Assembly: GCA_038087875.1 (NCBI GenBank)
Contig: JAXLNO010000051.1
Coordinates: 1-64,000, forward strand
DNA length: 64,000 bases
Origin: Malacoraja senta
Taxonomy: Eukaryota
Direction of reading: 5' to 3'
Shown: positions 50,332-62,000 of the stretch, one piece after another
Numbering within the stretch: the stretch's first letter is position 1
How the letters are laid out: each line of letters starts with the position of its first letter
Translations under genes and position numbers: made by a program
The notes under the pieces: model-generated
Told to the model about the DNA's origin: nothing
Database searches by the model: none
What the model saw: the letters and a program-made list of their open reading frames with translations, nothing else

Positions 50332-51070
50332 TAGAAACATAGAAAATAGGTGCAGGAAGCCATTCATCCCTTCAAGCCAGCACCGCCATTCATTGTGATC
50401 ATGGCTGATCATCCCCAATCAATAACCAGTGCCTGCCTTCTCCCCATATCCCTTGATTCCACTAACCCCTAGAGCTCTATCTAACTCTCTCTTAAGTCCA
50501 CCCAGTGACTTGGCCTCCACTGCCCTCTGTGGCAGGGAATTCCACAAATTCACAACTCTCTGGGTGAAAAAGTGTTTCCTTACCTCAGTCTTAAATGACC
50601 TCCTCTTTATTCTAAGACTGTGGCCCCTGGTTCTGGACTCACCCAACATTGGGAACATTTTTCCTACACCTAGCTTGTCCAGTCCTTTTATAATTGTATG
50701 TGTTTCTGCAAGATCCCCCCTCATCCTTCTAAACTCCAGTGAATACAAGCCTAGTCTTTTCAATCTTTCCTCATATGACAGTCCCGCCATCCCAGGGATC
50801 AATCTTGTGAACCTACGCTGCACTGCCTCAATGACAAGGATGTCCTTCCTCAAATTAGGAGACCAAAACTGTACACAATACTCCAGATGTGGTCTTACCA
50901 GAGCCCTATACAACTGCAGAAGAACCTCTTTACTCCTATACTGAAATCCTCTTGTTGTGAAGGCCAACAGGCCAAAACTGTACACAATACTCCAGATGTG
51001 GTCTCACCAGGGTCCTATACAACTGCAGAAGGACCTCTTTGCTCCTATACTGAAATCCTCTTGTTATGAA
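50332..51070 (-). mobile_element. CR1 3' fragment with local duplication of its 5' end
   Basis: ORF 50419-50985; 50864-50955 repeated at 50972-51066. Confidence 0.88.
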
Positions 51071-51364
51071 TCTCACCGATGCATGGATTATCATCTCTGC
51101 ACAAAGAGATCTATATAAACTGTAGGTAGACAAAAATGCTGGAGGAACTCAGCGGGTGAGGCAGCATCTATAGAGTGAAGGAATAGGTGACGTTTCGGGT
51201 TCGAGACCCCTGGATGCTGGGGTATAGATGTGATGCAGAGATCTCACTGATGCATGAAGATTATAACATATGCTTAATAAATAATACACTCTATACAGGT
51301 GTCGACAGGATGCACAAAGTACTGACCAATGCATGGAGCTGTAAACTTACAACTGGGTTTAATT

Positions 51365-52303
51365 CATCACACTGGGAACAAGAGTTAGCTATTAAAATTT
51401 CAAAGGAAAGTTGGAATGAATACATATTGAACGTGCATAAATGCTCGATTAATGTAAGACACACTTTAATACAATTTAAAATTTTACATAGATTATATTA
51501 TTCGAAAACTAAAATTCATAAAATTTTCCCAAATGTATCATCTATTTGTGATAAATGTCAATCCCAAGAAGCTACTATAGCGCACTCATTCGTTTTCTGT
51601 ACAAAAATTCAATAATTTTGGAAAGTTATTTAAAACAAGACTGATACCCAAAGCAGAATGGATTATCTTCGGTATAACGGAAGATGGTCCAGAACTAAAT
51701 GTGTTTCAAAAGAAACTAATGGACTATGGGTTAATAACTGGAAAAAAGCTAATTCTAAAATTTTGGAAGAAAGCTCCAATACCAACTATAAATATGTGGA
51801 TTTCAAATATGTTTGAAACATTACCCCTAGAAGACATAAGACTCCTCCTAGCAGGTAAACCAGATCACTTCCACCTGACGTGGTCTGCATTTATAGAATT
51901 ATTACAAACATAGGGTGCAAAAGTACTTAAATTTTTTTTTTTGAGGTCAGGTAAGGGGGGATGCTAGTTGAAGAGTTGGTATGTCCCATTTACGTAATGC
52001 TCATAAAAATATTTGTTTCTCTCTTTTTCCTCTTTCTCTTTCTCTTTCTTTCCTAGGGTCTATTTCTTAACTCTTTTTCTTTTGTTTTTAATTTTGCTCT
52101 TATAGGGTCTTCGTCCTTTTTTGTTGTCACATTTCCTACACTTTCACTTTTTCCTTCACTTTCTTCTTTCTTTCAATCTTTTCCTTTTCTAGTGTAAAAA
52201 ATAAATGGAGTACATTAATTGTAAGAAGATATAAATGACGAGTACTAATGTATGTGGTTGTAATGTAATGTACTTCTAATAAATAAATTTTTTTTTAAAA
52301 AAA
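51365..52303 (+). mobile_element. Old L1 3' fragment
   Basis: LIQFKILHRLYY, CDKC..HSF..C, AATAAA and A-tail. Confidence 0.8.
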
Positions 52304-52419
52304 TCATCACACACACGTACAGGTGCAGAGTTCACATTAACACACAGTTATAGACTGTAAAATGAGTTATAAAGGGATTTAAACATTAGATGCTGTAGTA
52401 TAGATGTGATGCAGAATTT

Positions 52420-53203
52420 ATAGACAATAGACAACAGGTGCAGGAGTAGAGGCCATTCGGCCCTTCGAGCTTTATTCAAAGTAATCATGGCTGATCATCC
52501 CCAATCAGTACCCTGGGATGGCAGGACTTTCATATGAAGAAAGACTGGATAGACTCAGCTTGTACTTGCTAGAATTTAGAAGATTGAGGGAGGATCTTAT
52601 AGAAACTTACAAAATTCTTAAGGGATTGGACAGGCTAGATGCAGGAAGATTGTTCCCGATGTTGGGGAAGTCCAGAACAAGGGGTCACAGTTTTAAGGAT
52701 AAGGGGGAAATCTTTTAGGACCAACATTTTTCACACAGAGAGTGGTGAATCTGTGGAATTCTCTGCCACAGAAGGTAATTGAGGCCAGTTCATTGGCTAT
52801 ATTTAAGAGGGAGTTAGATGTGGCCCTTGTGGCTAAAGGGATCAAGGGGGTATGGTGAGAAGGCAGGTACAGGATACTGAGTTGGATGATCAGCCATGAT
52901 CACATTGAATGGCGGTGCAGGCTCGAAGGGCCGAATGGCCTCTACTCCTGCACCTATTTTCTATGTTTCCATGTTTACCCCGTTCCTGCCTTCTCCCCAT
53001 ATCCCCGGACTCCGCTATCTTTAAGAGCCCTTTCTAACTCTCTCTTGAAAGTATCCAGAGAACCGGCCTCCACCGCCCTCTGAGGCAGAGAATCCCACAG
53101 ATTGACAACTCTCTGGGTGGAAAATGTTCTCCTCATCTACGTTCTAAATGGCCGACCCCTTATTCTTAAACTGTGGCCCCTGCTTCTGGACTCCCCCAAC
53201 ATC
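52420..53203. mobile_element. CR1 3' fragment (plus, ~52513-52975) nested in an antisense CR1 3' fragment
   Basis: Outer element reads CAATCAGTACCC|...|TACCCCGTTCCTGCC across the insert. Confidence 0.75.
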
Positions 53204-53763
53204 ATCAGCTGTGGGCAATCAGTGGTTCGTGGCTCAAGCCACCTGTTCTGTAGTGAAACTGTAGTGTTCTGGACAACTGGACAACTGGACTCTGTGGCCC
53301 AGGGACAGAGTGAAGCTTGGTCGTGACTGGAGACGTCTCATCACTAAACTCAACTGGACCAAGAACGGCACATGTTCAAGGTGAGGTGGAGGGAGAGAGG
53401 GGAGGGTGAGGAGAGGGGAGGGGAGGGGAGTGGAAGAGAGGAGAGGGGAAGAGAGGGGAGGGGAAGAGAGGGGAAGAGAGGAGAGGGGAAGAGAGGGCAG
53501 GGGAGGGGAGGGGAGGAGAGGGAAGAGAGGAGAGGAAGAGAGGGGAGGGGAAGAGAGGGGAAGGGAGGAGAGGGGAGGAGAGGGGGAGAGAGGAGAGGGG
53601 AAGAGGGGGATGGGAAGAGAGGGGAAGGGAGGAGAGGGGAGGAGAGGGGGAAGAGAGAGGAGAGGAAGAGAAGGGAGGGGAGGGGAGGGGAGGGGAGGAG
53701 AGGAGAGGGGAGGGGAGGAGAGGAGAGGGGAGGAGAGGAGAGGAGAGGAGAGGGGGGAACACC

Positions 53764-53880
53764 TCAGGTTCCGGAAGCGAGGGGATGGGTCAGCAACTCC
53801 AGCCGGCGGTCAAGGCAGGACGCTGAGAGTCTGGCCTCGGGGTCGTGGTCCCAGCTGTCCGCGATGGTCTCACACAGAAC
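53764..53880 (-). CDS. amhr2: AMHR2-like terminal exon
   Basis: AG|VLCETIADSWDHDPEARLSASCLDRRLELLTHPLASGT*. Confidence 0.8.
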   Translation of the reverse strand, partial: VLCETIADSWDHDPEARLSASCLDRRLELLTHPLASGT

Positions 53881-54207
53881 CTGGGGGAGGGTCAGAGGGC
53901 GAGGGGGTCAGTGGGAACCGTGGCCGTTCTGCCCCTCCTGCTAGCCCCCCTCATCCAGCCCACCGTTCAACCTCTCCCCCTCCCCACACCGACTGACCAC
54001 TACCTCCACACTGACCCCCTCTCTCTGTCTGTTCCTCTCTCTCTCTCTGTCTCTCTCTCTCTGTCTCTGTCTCTCTCTCTCTGTCTCTGTCTCTCTCTCT
54101 GTCTCTCTCTCTCTCTCTCTGTCTCTCTCTGTCTCTCTGTCTCTCTCTCTCTGTCTCTCTCTCTGTGTCCCTCTCTCTCTGTCCCTCTCTGTCTCTCTCT
54201 GTCTCTC

Positions 54208-54276
<69 letters not shown>

Positions 54277-54378
54277 GTCTCTGTCTCTCTCTCTCTCTGT
54301 CTCTCTCTCTGTCTGTCCCCCTCTCTCTGTCTCTCTCACCGGACACTAACCCCTGACCCTACCGCTCTGACCCCTCAC

Positions 54379-54515
54379 CCCGCTGACCGCAGTCCAGCTG
54401 TCCGGGATCATTGGCCGGACTCTGTCTCCGGCCACAACGGTGACCACGTCCTGGAGACTCGGCTCCGGCCCCAACTCCTCCTGGAACGCCGGCCGGAAAT
54501 CCGGGGTCAAACCAC
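54379..54515 (-). CDS. amhr2: AMHR2-like kinase exon (137 bp)
   Basis: GLTPDFRPAFQEELGPEPSLQDVVTVVAGDRVRPMIPDSW; AG/GT boundaries, phase 1 to 0. Confidence 0.8.
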
Positions 54516-54862
54516 CTGGACACAGGGAGGTGGCGGTCAGTGGTGGCTGGAGAGAGAGAGAGACAGGGAGAGAGACAGAGAGAGAGGGGAGAGAGAGAGA
54601 GACAGGGAGAGAGACAGAGAGAGAGGGAGAGAGAGAGAGAGAGAGAGACAGAGAGAGAGGGAGAGAGAGAGAGAGAGAGAGACAGAGAAAGACAGAGAGA
54701 GACAGAGAGAGACACAGACAGAGAGAGAGACAGAGAGAGAAATGAATATTGAATTGCTAAACTTGCTATTGTGTTGTACAGCTTACAGCTGCAAGAATGT
54801 GTAGCATCAATAAAGGGCTTTAGGTGTATCGCGAGTATATATATAGTATATATAGAGAGATA

Positions 54863-54915
54863 CTAGACCAAGTGCGGACCCGTTGGGTCTGTTCCCCCAA
54901 CGTGCGTTTGCGGCG
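54863..54915 (-). mobile_element. Possible Helitron-type 3' terminus
   Basis: Hairpin GACCCAACGGGTC 10 nt upstream of CTAG|T, adjacent to (TA)n. Confidence 0.4.
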
Positions 54916-54916
54916 A

Positions 54917-54967
<51 letters not shown>

Positions 54968-55544
54968 CAGGGCCATATCTATCCATGCACTGGATACTTG
55001 TATTTATATTGATGCATTTTAAATATGGATGTTATGTTTTATACTTTGGCGATATAACCATGTATTTTATCATGCCAATAAAGTGTTTTAAATTGAGAGA
55101 GAGAGAGAGAGCGGGGAGAGGGAGAGAGGGGGGAGAGAGAGAGAGAGAGGGGGAGAGAGAGGGGGGAGAGAGACAGAGGGTGAGGGGGGAGAGAGGGGGA
55201 GAGAGAGGGGGAGAGAGACAGAGGGTGAGGGGGGAGAGAGGGGAGAGGGGAGATAGAGGGAGAGAGGGGAGAGAGGGGAGAAGGAGAGAGGGGAGAGGAG
55301 AGAGGGGGGAGAGAGGGGAGAGAGACAGAGAGAGAGAGATGAAGAGAGACAGAGAGAGGGAGAGGGGGAGAGAGAGAGGGTGAGAGTGGAGAGAGGGGGG
55401 AGTGAGGTGGGGACAGAGGGAGAGAGGGGGGAGTAAGGGGGGATGTAACTACTCACCGGTGTAGAGATCCATGCATCGGGTGAAGATTTCCCACAGCAGG
55501 AGGCTTCAGAGAGGGGGGAGAGAGGGGAGAGGGTAACTACTCAC

Positions 55545-55691
55545 CGGTGTAGAGATCACTGCATCGGGTGAAGATTTCCCACAGCAGGAGGCTGAGGGAA
55601 TAAACATCGGCCTGTTTCAAGGAGCTGCAACAATCGCCAGATTCACCGAACCGTCCAGTAACTCCGGAGCGATGTATCGTAGGGTCCCCAC
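55545..55691 (-). CDS. amhr2: AMHR2-like kinase exon with an apparent 1-nt deletion near 55637
   Basis: [18 protein letters not shown] / [36 protein letters not shown]; 147 bp where phase requires 148. Confidence 0.8.
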
Positions 55692-56082
55692 CTCCAGTGG
55701 AGAGACAGAGAGAGAGAGGGGGAAAGAGAGGGGGAGAGAGAGGGGAGAGAGAGAGGGGAGAGAGAGGAGAGAGAGGGGAGAGAGAGGGGAGAGAGGGGGA
55801 GAGAGGGGGGAGAGAGAGAGAGAGGGGGCAGAGAGGGGGCAGAGAGGGGAGAGAGAGAGGGGGAGAGAGAGAGGGAGAGAGAGGGGGAGAGAGAGGGGAG
55901 AAATTAAAGATGTATTATTGTGTGTAGGGCAGTGGATGAGAAAATGGGATAATGGTGAACTATCGTGAGCGGGGATCGCGGGCTAGCATGGACTCGGTGG
56001 GGCTGAAGGGCCTGTTTCCGCGCTGGGCGACTAAAGCGGGAGACAGAGAGAGACACAGAGAGAGACAGAGAGAGAGAGAGAG

Positions 56083-56768
56083 AGGCAAGGCAAGGCAAGG
56101 CAAGGCAAGGCAAGTTTATTTGTATAGCACCTTTCAACCACAAGGTCATTCAAAGTGCTTTACATAAAACATTTAAAGCATTTGAAAGAAACACATATAA
56201 AATGACATTTAGATATAAAATGATTATTAGATTATTCAGATAAAAATAATTACAAAATTAAAAGCAATCAAATAAAATATTTAAAATAGAATAAAACCAG
56301 GAATAGAAGTTACAGTGCAGTATAGGTAATTAATAAATTGTATTGTTTACTGAAAGGCAGCGGCAAACAGAAAAGTCTTCAGTCTAGATTTAAAGAGCTG
56401 AGAGTTGCAGCAGACCTGCAGTTTTCTGGGAGTTTGTTCCAGATATGTGGTGCATAAAAACTAAATGCTGCCTCTCCATGTTTAGTTCTGACTCTGGGGA
56501 CACAGAGCAGACCTGAGAGGTCTGAGAGGTCTGGGTGGTTCGTAGCTAAGCAGAAGATCAGAAATGTATTTTGGCCCTAAACCATTCAGTGCTTTGTAAA
56601 CCAACAGTAGTATTTTGAAATCAATTCTTTGACAGACAGGAAGCCAGTGTAAAGACCTCAGAACTGGAGTAATGTGATCTACCTTTTTGGTCTTAGTGAG
56701 GACTCGAGCAGCAGCGTTCTGAATTAACTGCAGCTGTCTGATCGACTTTTTAGGGAGACCTGTAAAGA
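56083..56768 (-). mobile_element. L2 LINE 3' fragment
   Basis: LQLIQNAAARVLT..HITPVLRSLHWLPV; 3' stem and (CTTGC)n tail. Confidence 0.85.
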
Positions 56769-56801
56769 CACAGAGAGAGAGAGAGAGACAGACAGAGAGA
56801 C

Positions 56802-56840
<39 letters not shown>

Positions 56841-57296
56841 GACAGAGAGACAGAGAGACAAGGAGAGACGGGACGGTCACCACCAGAGACACAAACTGGA
56901 CAAACATCAAGAACTGGTTTGTCGACACCGACCCCGTGACTGTGACCCATTGTTAATGCGCTCCCTTGTTGCATGTCACACGTATGTGTACAGGGTCACG
57001 TGTGTAGCATGTGGACCTGCTATCCCCTGCTGCATGTCAAATGTATGTGAACAGAATGGCTCCGTGGTCATGTTACGTGCGTAGCATGTGGACCTGCTCT
57101 CCCATGCTGCATGTTACACGTATGTGTACGGGGTGGGTCCGTGTTCGTGTTGCGTGTACCATGTAGACCTGCTCCCCCGGGGTCTGGACACAACGTGGGG
57201 TCTGGACACTGGGTGGAGAGTGTAGGGTAGACGAGGTGTCCATCACTGGGGGAGTGAAGACACTGTCTGTGTCCGTGTTGCGTGTACCATGTAGAC

Positions 57297-57427
57297 CTGC
57301 TCCCCTGTGGTCACGGACCCGGTGACCGCGGCCAGACTGAAGTCGATGAGAACACACGAACCGTCGGCCTTCACCAGGACATTGTCAGTGCTCAGATCAC
57401 GGTGGACAACGGTCACCTTGTGTTGGT
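57297..57427 (-). CDS. amhr2: AMHR2-like kinase exon (catalytic loop)
   Basis: DQHKVTVVHRDLSTDNVLVKADGSCVLIDFSLA; donor CAG|GTCTAC is weak. Confidence 0.8.
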
Positions 57428-57699
57428 CTGGGGAAGAGAAGGCACTGGTCAATGGGTCTGGTCAATGTGGGCTCTGGGCACTGGACAATGAGGGGTCTGG
57501 ACACTGGTCAACGAGGGGTCTGGACACTGGGGAGAGTGCGGGGGGTAGAGGGGGGCGGTGGGGTCAGCGGTCAGATTGCGGTGGTCAACATGGCCGCGCT
57601 GGTCTGGGGAGAGGAGGGTCAGGGTTCAACGATGGTGGGAGACGGCCACTGGGGCATCTGGATGGTCGTGGAGGTCCCGATCGATGACCGTGGCTGTAC

Positions 57700-58350
57700 C
57701 CCGAGACACACCTGTCCACCTGTGACACACCTGTCTATATGTGATACACCTGTCTACCCGTGACACACCTGTGTACCTGAGCCTCACCTGTCTACCTGTG
57801 TTACATCTGTCTATCTGTGATACACCTGTCTATCTGTGCCTCACCTTTATACCTGGGACTTACATGTACACCTGTGCCTCACCTGTCAACTTGTGACACA
57901 CCTGTTTACATGTGACACCCTGTCTACATGTGCCTCACCTATCAACTTGTGACACACCTGTCTACATGTGACATACCTGTCTACATGTGACACACCTGTC
58001 TACCTGTGACACATCTGTCTACCTGTGATACACCTGTCTATATGTGATACACCTGTCTATATGTGATACACCTGTCTATATGTGATACACCTGTCTATAT
58101 GTGATACACCTGTCTGTATGTGATACACCTGTCTATATGTGATACACCTGTATATGTGACACACCTGTCTATATGTGACACACCTGTCTATCTGAGACAC
58201 ACCTGTCAACCTGTGACAGACCTGTCTACCTGTGACACATCTGACTAAATGTCATACATCTGTCTATATGTGATACACCTGTCTATCATGACACACTGGT
58301 ATACCTGTGACACACCTGTATACCTGTGACACACTTGTGTACCTGAGCCT
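57700..58350. repeat. Degenerate ~19-bp intronic minisatellite (GTGATACACCTGTCTATAT)
   Basis: Direct inspection. Confidence 0.85.
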
Positions 58351-58353
58351 CAC

Positions 58354-58456
58354 CTGTCGAGTGCAGGAAGCTCACACCTGACGTCACGGACCGGGCCATC
58401 CGGATACTCTCCCTCCAGCTGCTGGAGAAGCGGGAGAGGAAATGGGACAGAGACCC
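58354..58456 (-). CDS. amhr2: AMHR2-like kinase exon
   Basis: AG|GSLSHFLSRFSSSWRESIRMARSVTSGVSFLHST|GTGAG, phase 0 to 1. Confidence 0.8.
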
Positions 58457-58730
58457 CTGGCGGGAAATGAACAGGTGGTTGAAGTGGTCAACGTCCCCCT
58501 CTCTCCTCCCCCCTCTCTCTCTCCCCCTACCTCTCCCCCCTCTCTCCCCCCTCTCTCCCCCTCTCCCCCCCACTCTCTCCTCCCCCTCTCCCCCCCTCTC
58601 CCCCCTCTCACCTGTGGACAATACTCGGTGATGACCAGATACACCATGAACCCTATCTCTCTCCCCCCTCTCTCTCTCTCTCCCCTCTCTCTCTCCCCCC
58701 TTTCTCTCTCCCCCCTCTCCCCCCTCTCAC

Positions 58731-58958
58731 CTGTGGACAATACTCTGTCACGACCAGATACTCCACGACCCCTCTCTCTCTCCGCTCTCCTGACCCCAGG
58801 AACCTGACGATATTTTCATTGACCATCGACTTCATTCCGTGGAAACTCTGCTCGTTCCAGAAATGTTGATGGTGATCGGCGGGAAAAATCTTTACGGCCA
58901 CCAGCTGGCTCGACTGCCTCGCCTTCCAGACTGTTCCGTGCCTCCCCCGTCCGATCAC
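58731..58958 (-). CDS. amhr2: AMHR2-like first kinase exon (Gly loop, VAVK)
   Basis: AG|VIGRGRHGTVWK..VAVKIF..NE..NIVRF..YLVVTEYCPQ|GTGAG, 228 bp. Confidence 0.82.
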
Positions 58959-59010
58959 CTGGCACAGGTAATGGGGCAGGTGTGGACAGGTGTATAAGAT
59001 CGCCAGGTGG

Positions 59011-62000
59011 ATAGTGTATGGGCATGTTGGTCGGGGTGGGACTAGTGTAGATGGGGCATGTTGGTCGGGGTGGGACTAGTGTAGGGGCATGTTGGTCGGG
59101 GTGGGACTAGTGTAGATGGGGGCATGTTTGTCGGGGTGGACTAGTGTAGATGGGGCATGTTGGTCGGGATGGGACTAGTGTAGATGGGGCATGTTGGTCG
59201 GGGTGGGACTAGTGTAGATGGGGCATGTTGGTCGGGGTGGGACTAGTGTAGATGGGTCATGTTGGTCGGGGTGGGACTAGTGTAGATGGGGCATGTTGGT
59301 CGGGGTGGGACTAGTGTAGGTGGGTCATGTTGGTCGGGGTGGGACTAGTGTAGATGGGGCATGTTGGTCGCGGTGGGACTAGTGTAGATGGGGCATGTTG
59401 GTCGGGGTGGGACTAGTGTAGATGGGGCATGTTGGTCGGGGTGGGACTAGTGTAGATGGGGCATGTTGGTCGGGGTGGGACTAGTGTAGATGGGGCATGT
59501 TGGTCGGGGTGGGACTAGTGTAGATGGGGCATGTTGGTCGGGGTGGGACTAGTGTAGATGGGGCATGTTGGTCGGGGTGGGACTAGTGTAGATGGGTCAT
59601 GTTGGTCGGGGTGGGACTAGTGTAGATGGGGCATGTTGGTCGGGGATGGGACTAGTGTAGATGGGTCATGTTGGTCGGGGTGGGACTAGTGTAGATGGGG
59701 CATGTTGGTCGCGGTGGGACTAGTGTAGATGGGGCATGTTGGTCGGGGTGGGACTAGTGTAGATGGGGCATGTTGGTCGGGGTGGGACTAGTGTAGATGG
59801 GGCATGTTGGTCGGGGTGGGACTAGTGTAGATGGGGCATGTTGGTCAGGATGGGACTAGTGCAGATGGGGCATGTTGGTCGGGGTGGGGACTAGTGTACA
59901 TGGGGCATGTTGGTCGGGGTGGGACTAGTGTAGATGGTGCATGTTGGTCGGGGTGGGACTAGTGTAGATGGGGCATGTTGGTCGGGGTGGGACTAGTGTA
60001 GATGGGGATGTTGGTCGGGGTGGGACTAGTGTAGATGGGGCATGTTGGTCGGGGTGGGACAAGTGCAGATGGGGCAAGTTGGTCGGGGTGGGACTAGTGT
60101 AGATGGGGCATGTTGGTCGAGGTGGGACTAGTGTAGATGGGGCATGTTGGTCGGGGTGGGACCAGTGTAGATCGGGCATGTTGGTCGGGGTGGGACTAGT
60201 GTAGATGGGGGCATGTTGGTCGGGGCGGGACTAGTGTAGATGGGGCATGTTGGTCGGGGTGGGACTAGCGTAGATGGGGCATGTTGGTCGGGGTGGGAAT
60301 AGTGTAGATGGGGCATGTTGGTCGGGGTGGGACTAGTGTAGATGGGGCATGTTGGTCGGGGTGGGACTAGTGTAGATGGGGCATGTTGGTCGGGGTGGGA
60401 CTAGTGTAGATGGGTCATGTTGGTCGGGGTGGGACTAGTGTAGATGGGGCATGTTGGTCGGGATGGGACTAGTGTAGATGGGTCATGTTGGTCGGGGTGG
60501 GACTAGTGTAGATGGGGCATGTTGGTCGGGGTGGGACTAGCGTAGGTGGGGCATGTTGGTCGGGGTGGGACTAGTGTAGGTGGGGCATGTTGGTCGGGGT
60601 GGGACTAGTGTAGATGGGGCATGTTGGTCGGGGTGGGACTAGTGTAGATGGGGCATGTTGGTCAGGGTGGGACTAGTGCAGATGGGGCATGTTGGTCGGG
60701 GTGGGACTAGTGTACATGGGGCATGTTGGTCGGGGTGGGACTAGTGTAGATGGGGCATGTTGGTCGGGGTGGGACTAGTGTAGATGGGGCATGTTGGTCG
60801 GGGTGGGACTAGTGTAGATGGGGCATGTTGGTCGCGGTGGGACTAGTGTAGATGGGGCATGTTGGTCGGGGTGGGACTAGTGTAGATGGGGCATGTTGGT
60901 CGGGGTGGGACTAGTGTAGATGGGGCATGTTGGTCGGGGTGGGACTGGTGTAGATGGGGCATGTTGGTCGGGGTGGGACTAGTGTAGATGGGTCATGTTG
61001 GTCGGGGTGGGACTAGTGTAGATGGGGCATGTTGGTCGGGATGGGACTAGTGTAGATGGGTCATGTTGGTCGGGGTGGGGACTAGTGTAGATGGGGCATG
61101 TTGGTCGCGTGGGACTAGTGTAGATGGGGCATGTTGGTCGGGGTGGGACTAGTGTAGATGGGGAATGTTGGTCAGGATGGGACTAGTGCAGATGGGGCAT
61201 GTTGGTCGGGGTGGGACTAGTGTACATGGGGCATGTTGGTCGGGGTGAGACTAGTGTAGATGGGGCATGTTGGTCGGGGTGGGACTAGTGTAGATGGGGC
61301 ATGTTGGTCGGGGTGGGACTAGTGTAGATGGGGCATGTTGGTCAGGGTGGGACTAGTGCAGATGGGTCATGTTGGTCGGGGTGGGACTAGTGTAGATGGG
61401 GCATGTTGGTCGGGATGGGACTAGTGTAGATGGGTCATGTTGGTCGGGGTGGGACTAGTGTAGATGGGGCATGTTGGTCGCGGTGGGACTAGTGTAGATG
61501 GGGCATGTTGGTGGGGGTGGGACTAGTGTAGATGGGGCATGTTGGTCGGGGTGGGACTAGTGTAGATGGGGCATGTTGGTCGGGGTGGGACTAGTGTAGA
61601 TGGGGCATGTTGGTCGGGGTGGGACTAGTGCAGATGGGGCATGTTGGTCGGGGAGGGACTAGTGTACATGGGGCATGTTGGTCGGGGTGGGACTAGTGTA
61701 GATGGGGCATGTTGGTCGGGGTGGGACTAGTGTAGATGGGGCATGTTGGTCGGGGTGGGACTAGTGTAGATGGGGGATGTTGGTCGGGGTGGGACTAGTG
61801 TAGATGGGGCATGTTGGTCGGGGTGGGACAAGTGTAGATGGGGCATGTTGGTCGGGGTGGGACTAGTGTAGATGGGGCATGTTGGTCGGGGTGGGACTAG
61901 TGTAGATGGGGCATGTTGGTCGGGTGGGACTAGTGTAGATCGGGCATGTTGGTCGGGGTGGGACTAGTGTAGATGGGGCATGTTGGTCGGGGCGGGACTA

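Noticed and set aside
53764..58958. BMPR2 call
   Set aside because: Stop codon directly after the kinase domain and several AMHR2-type residues; not fully excluded without phylogeny
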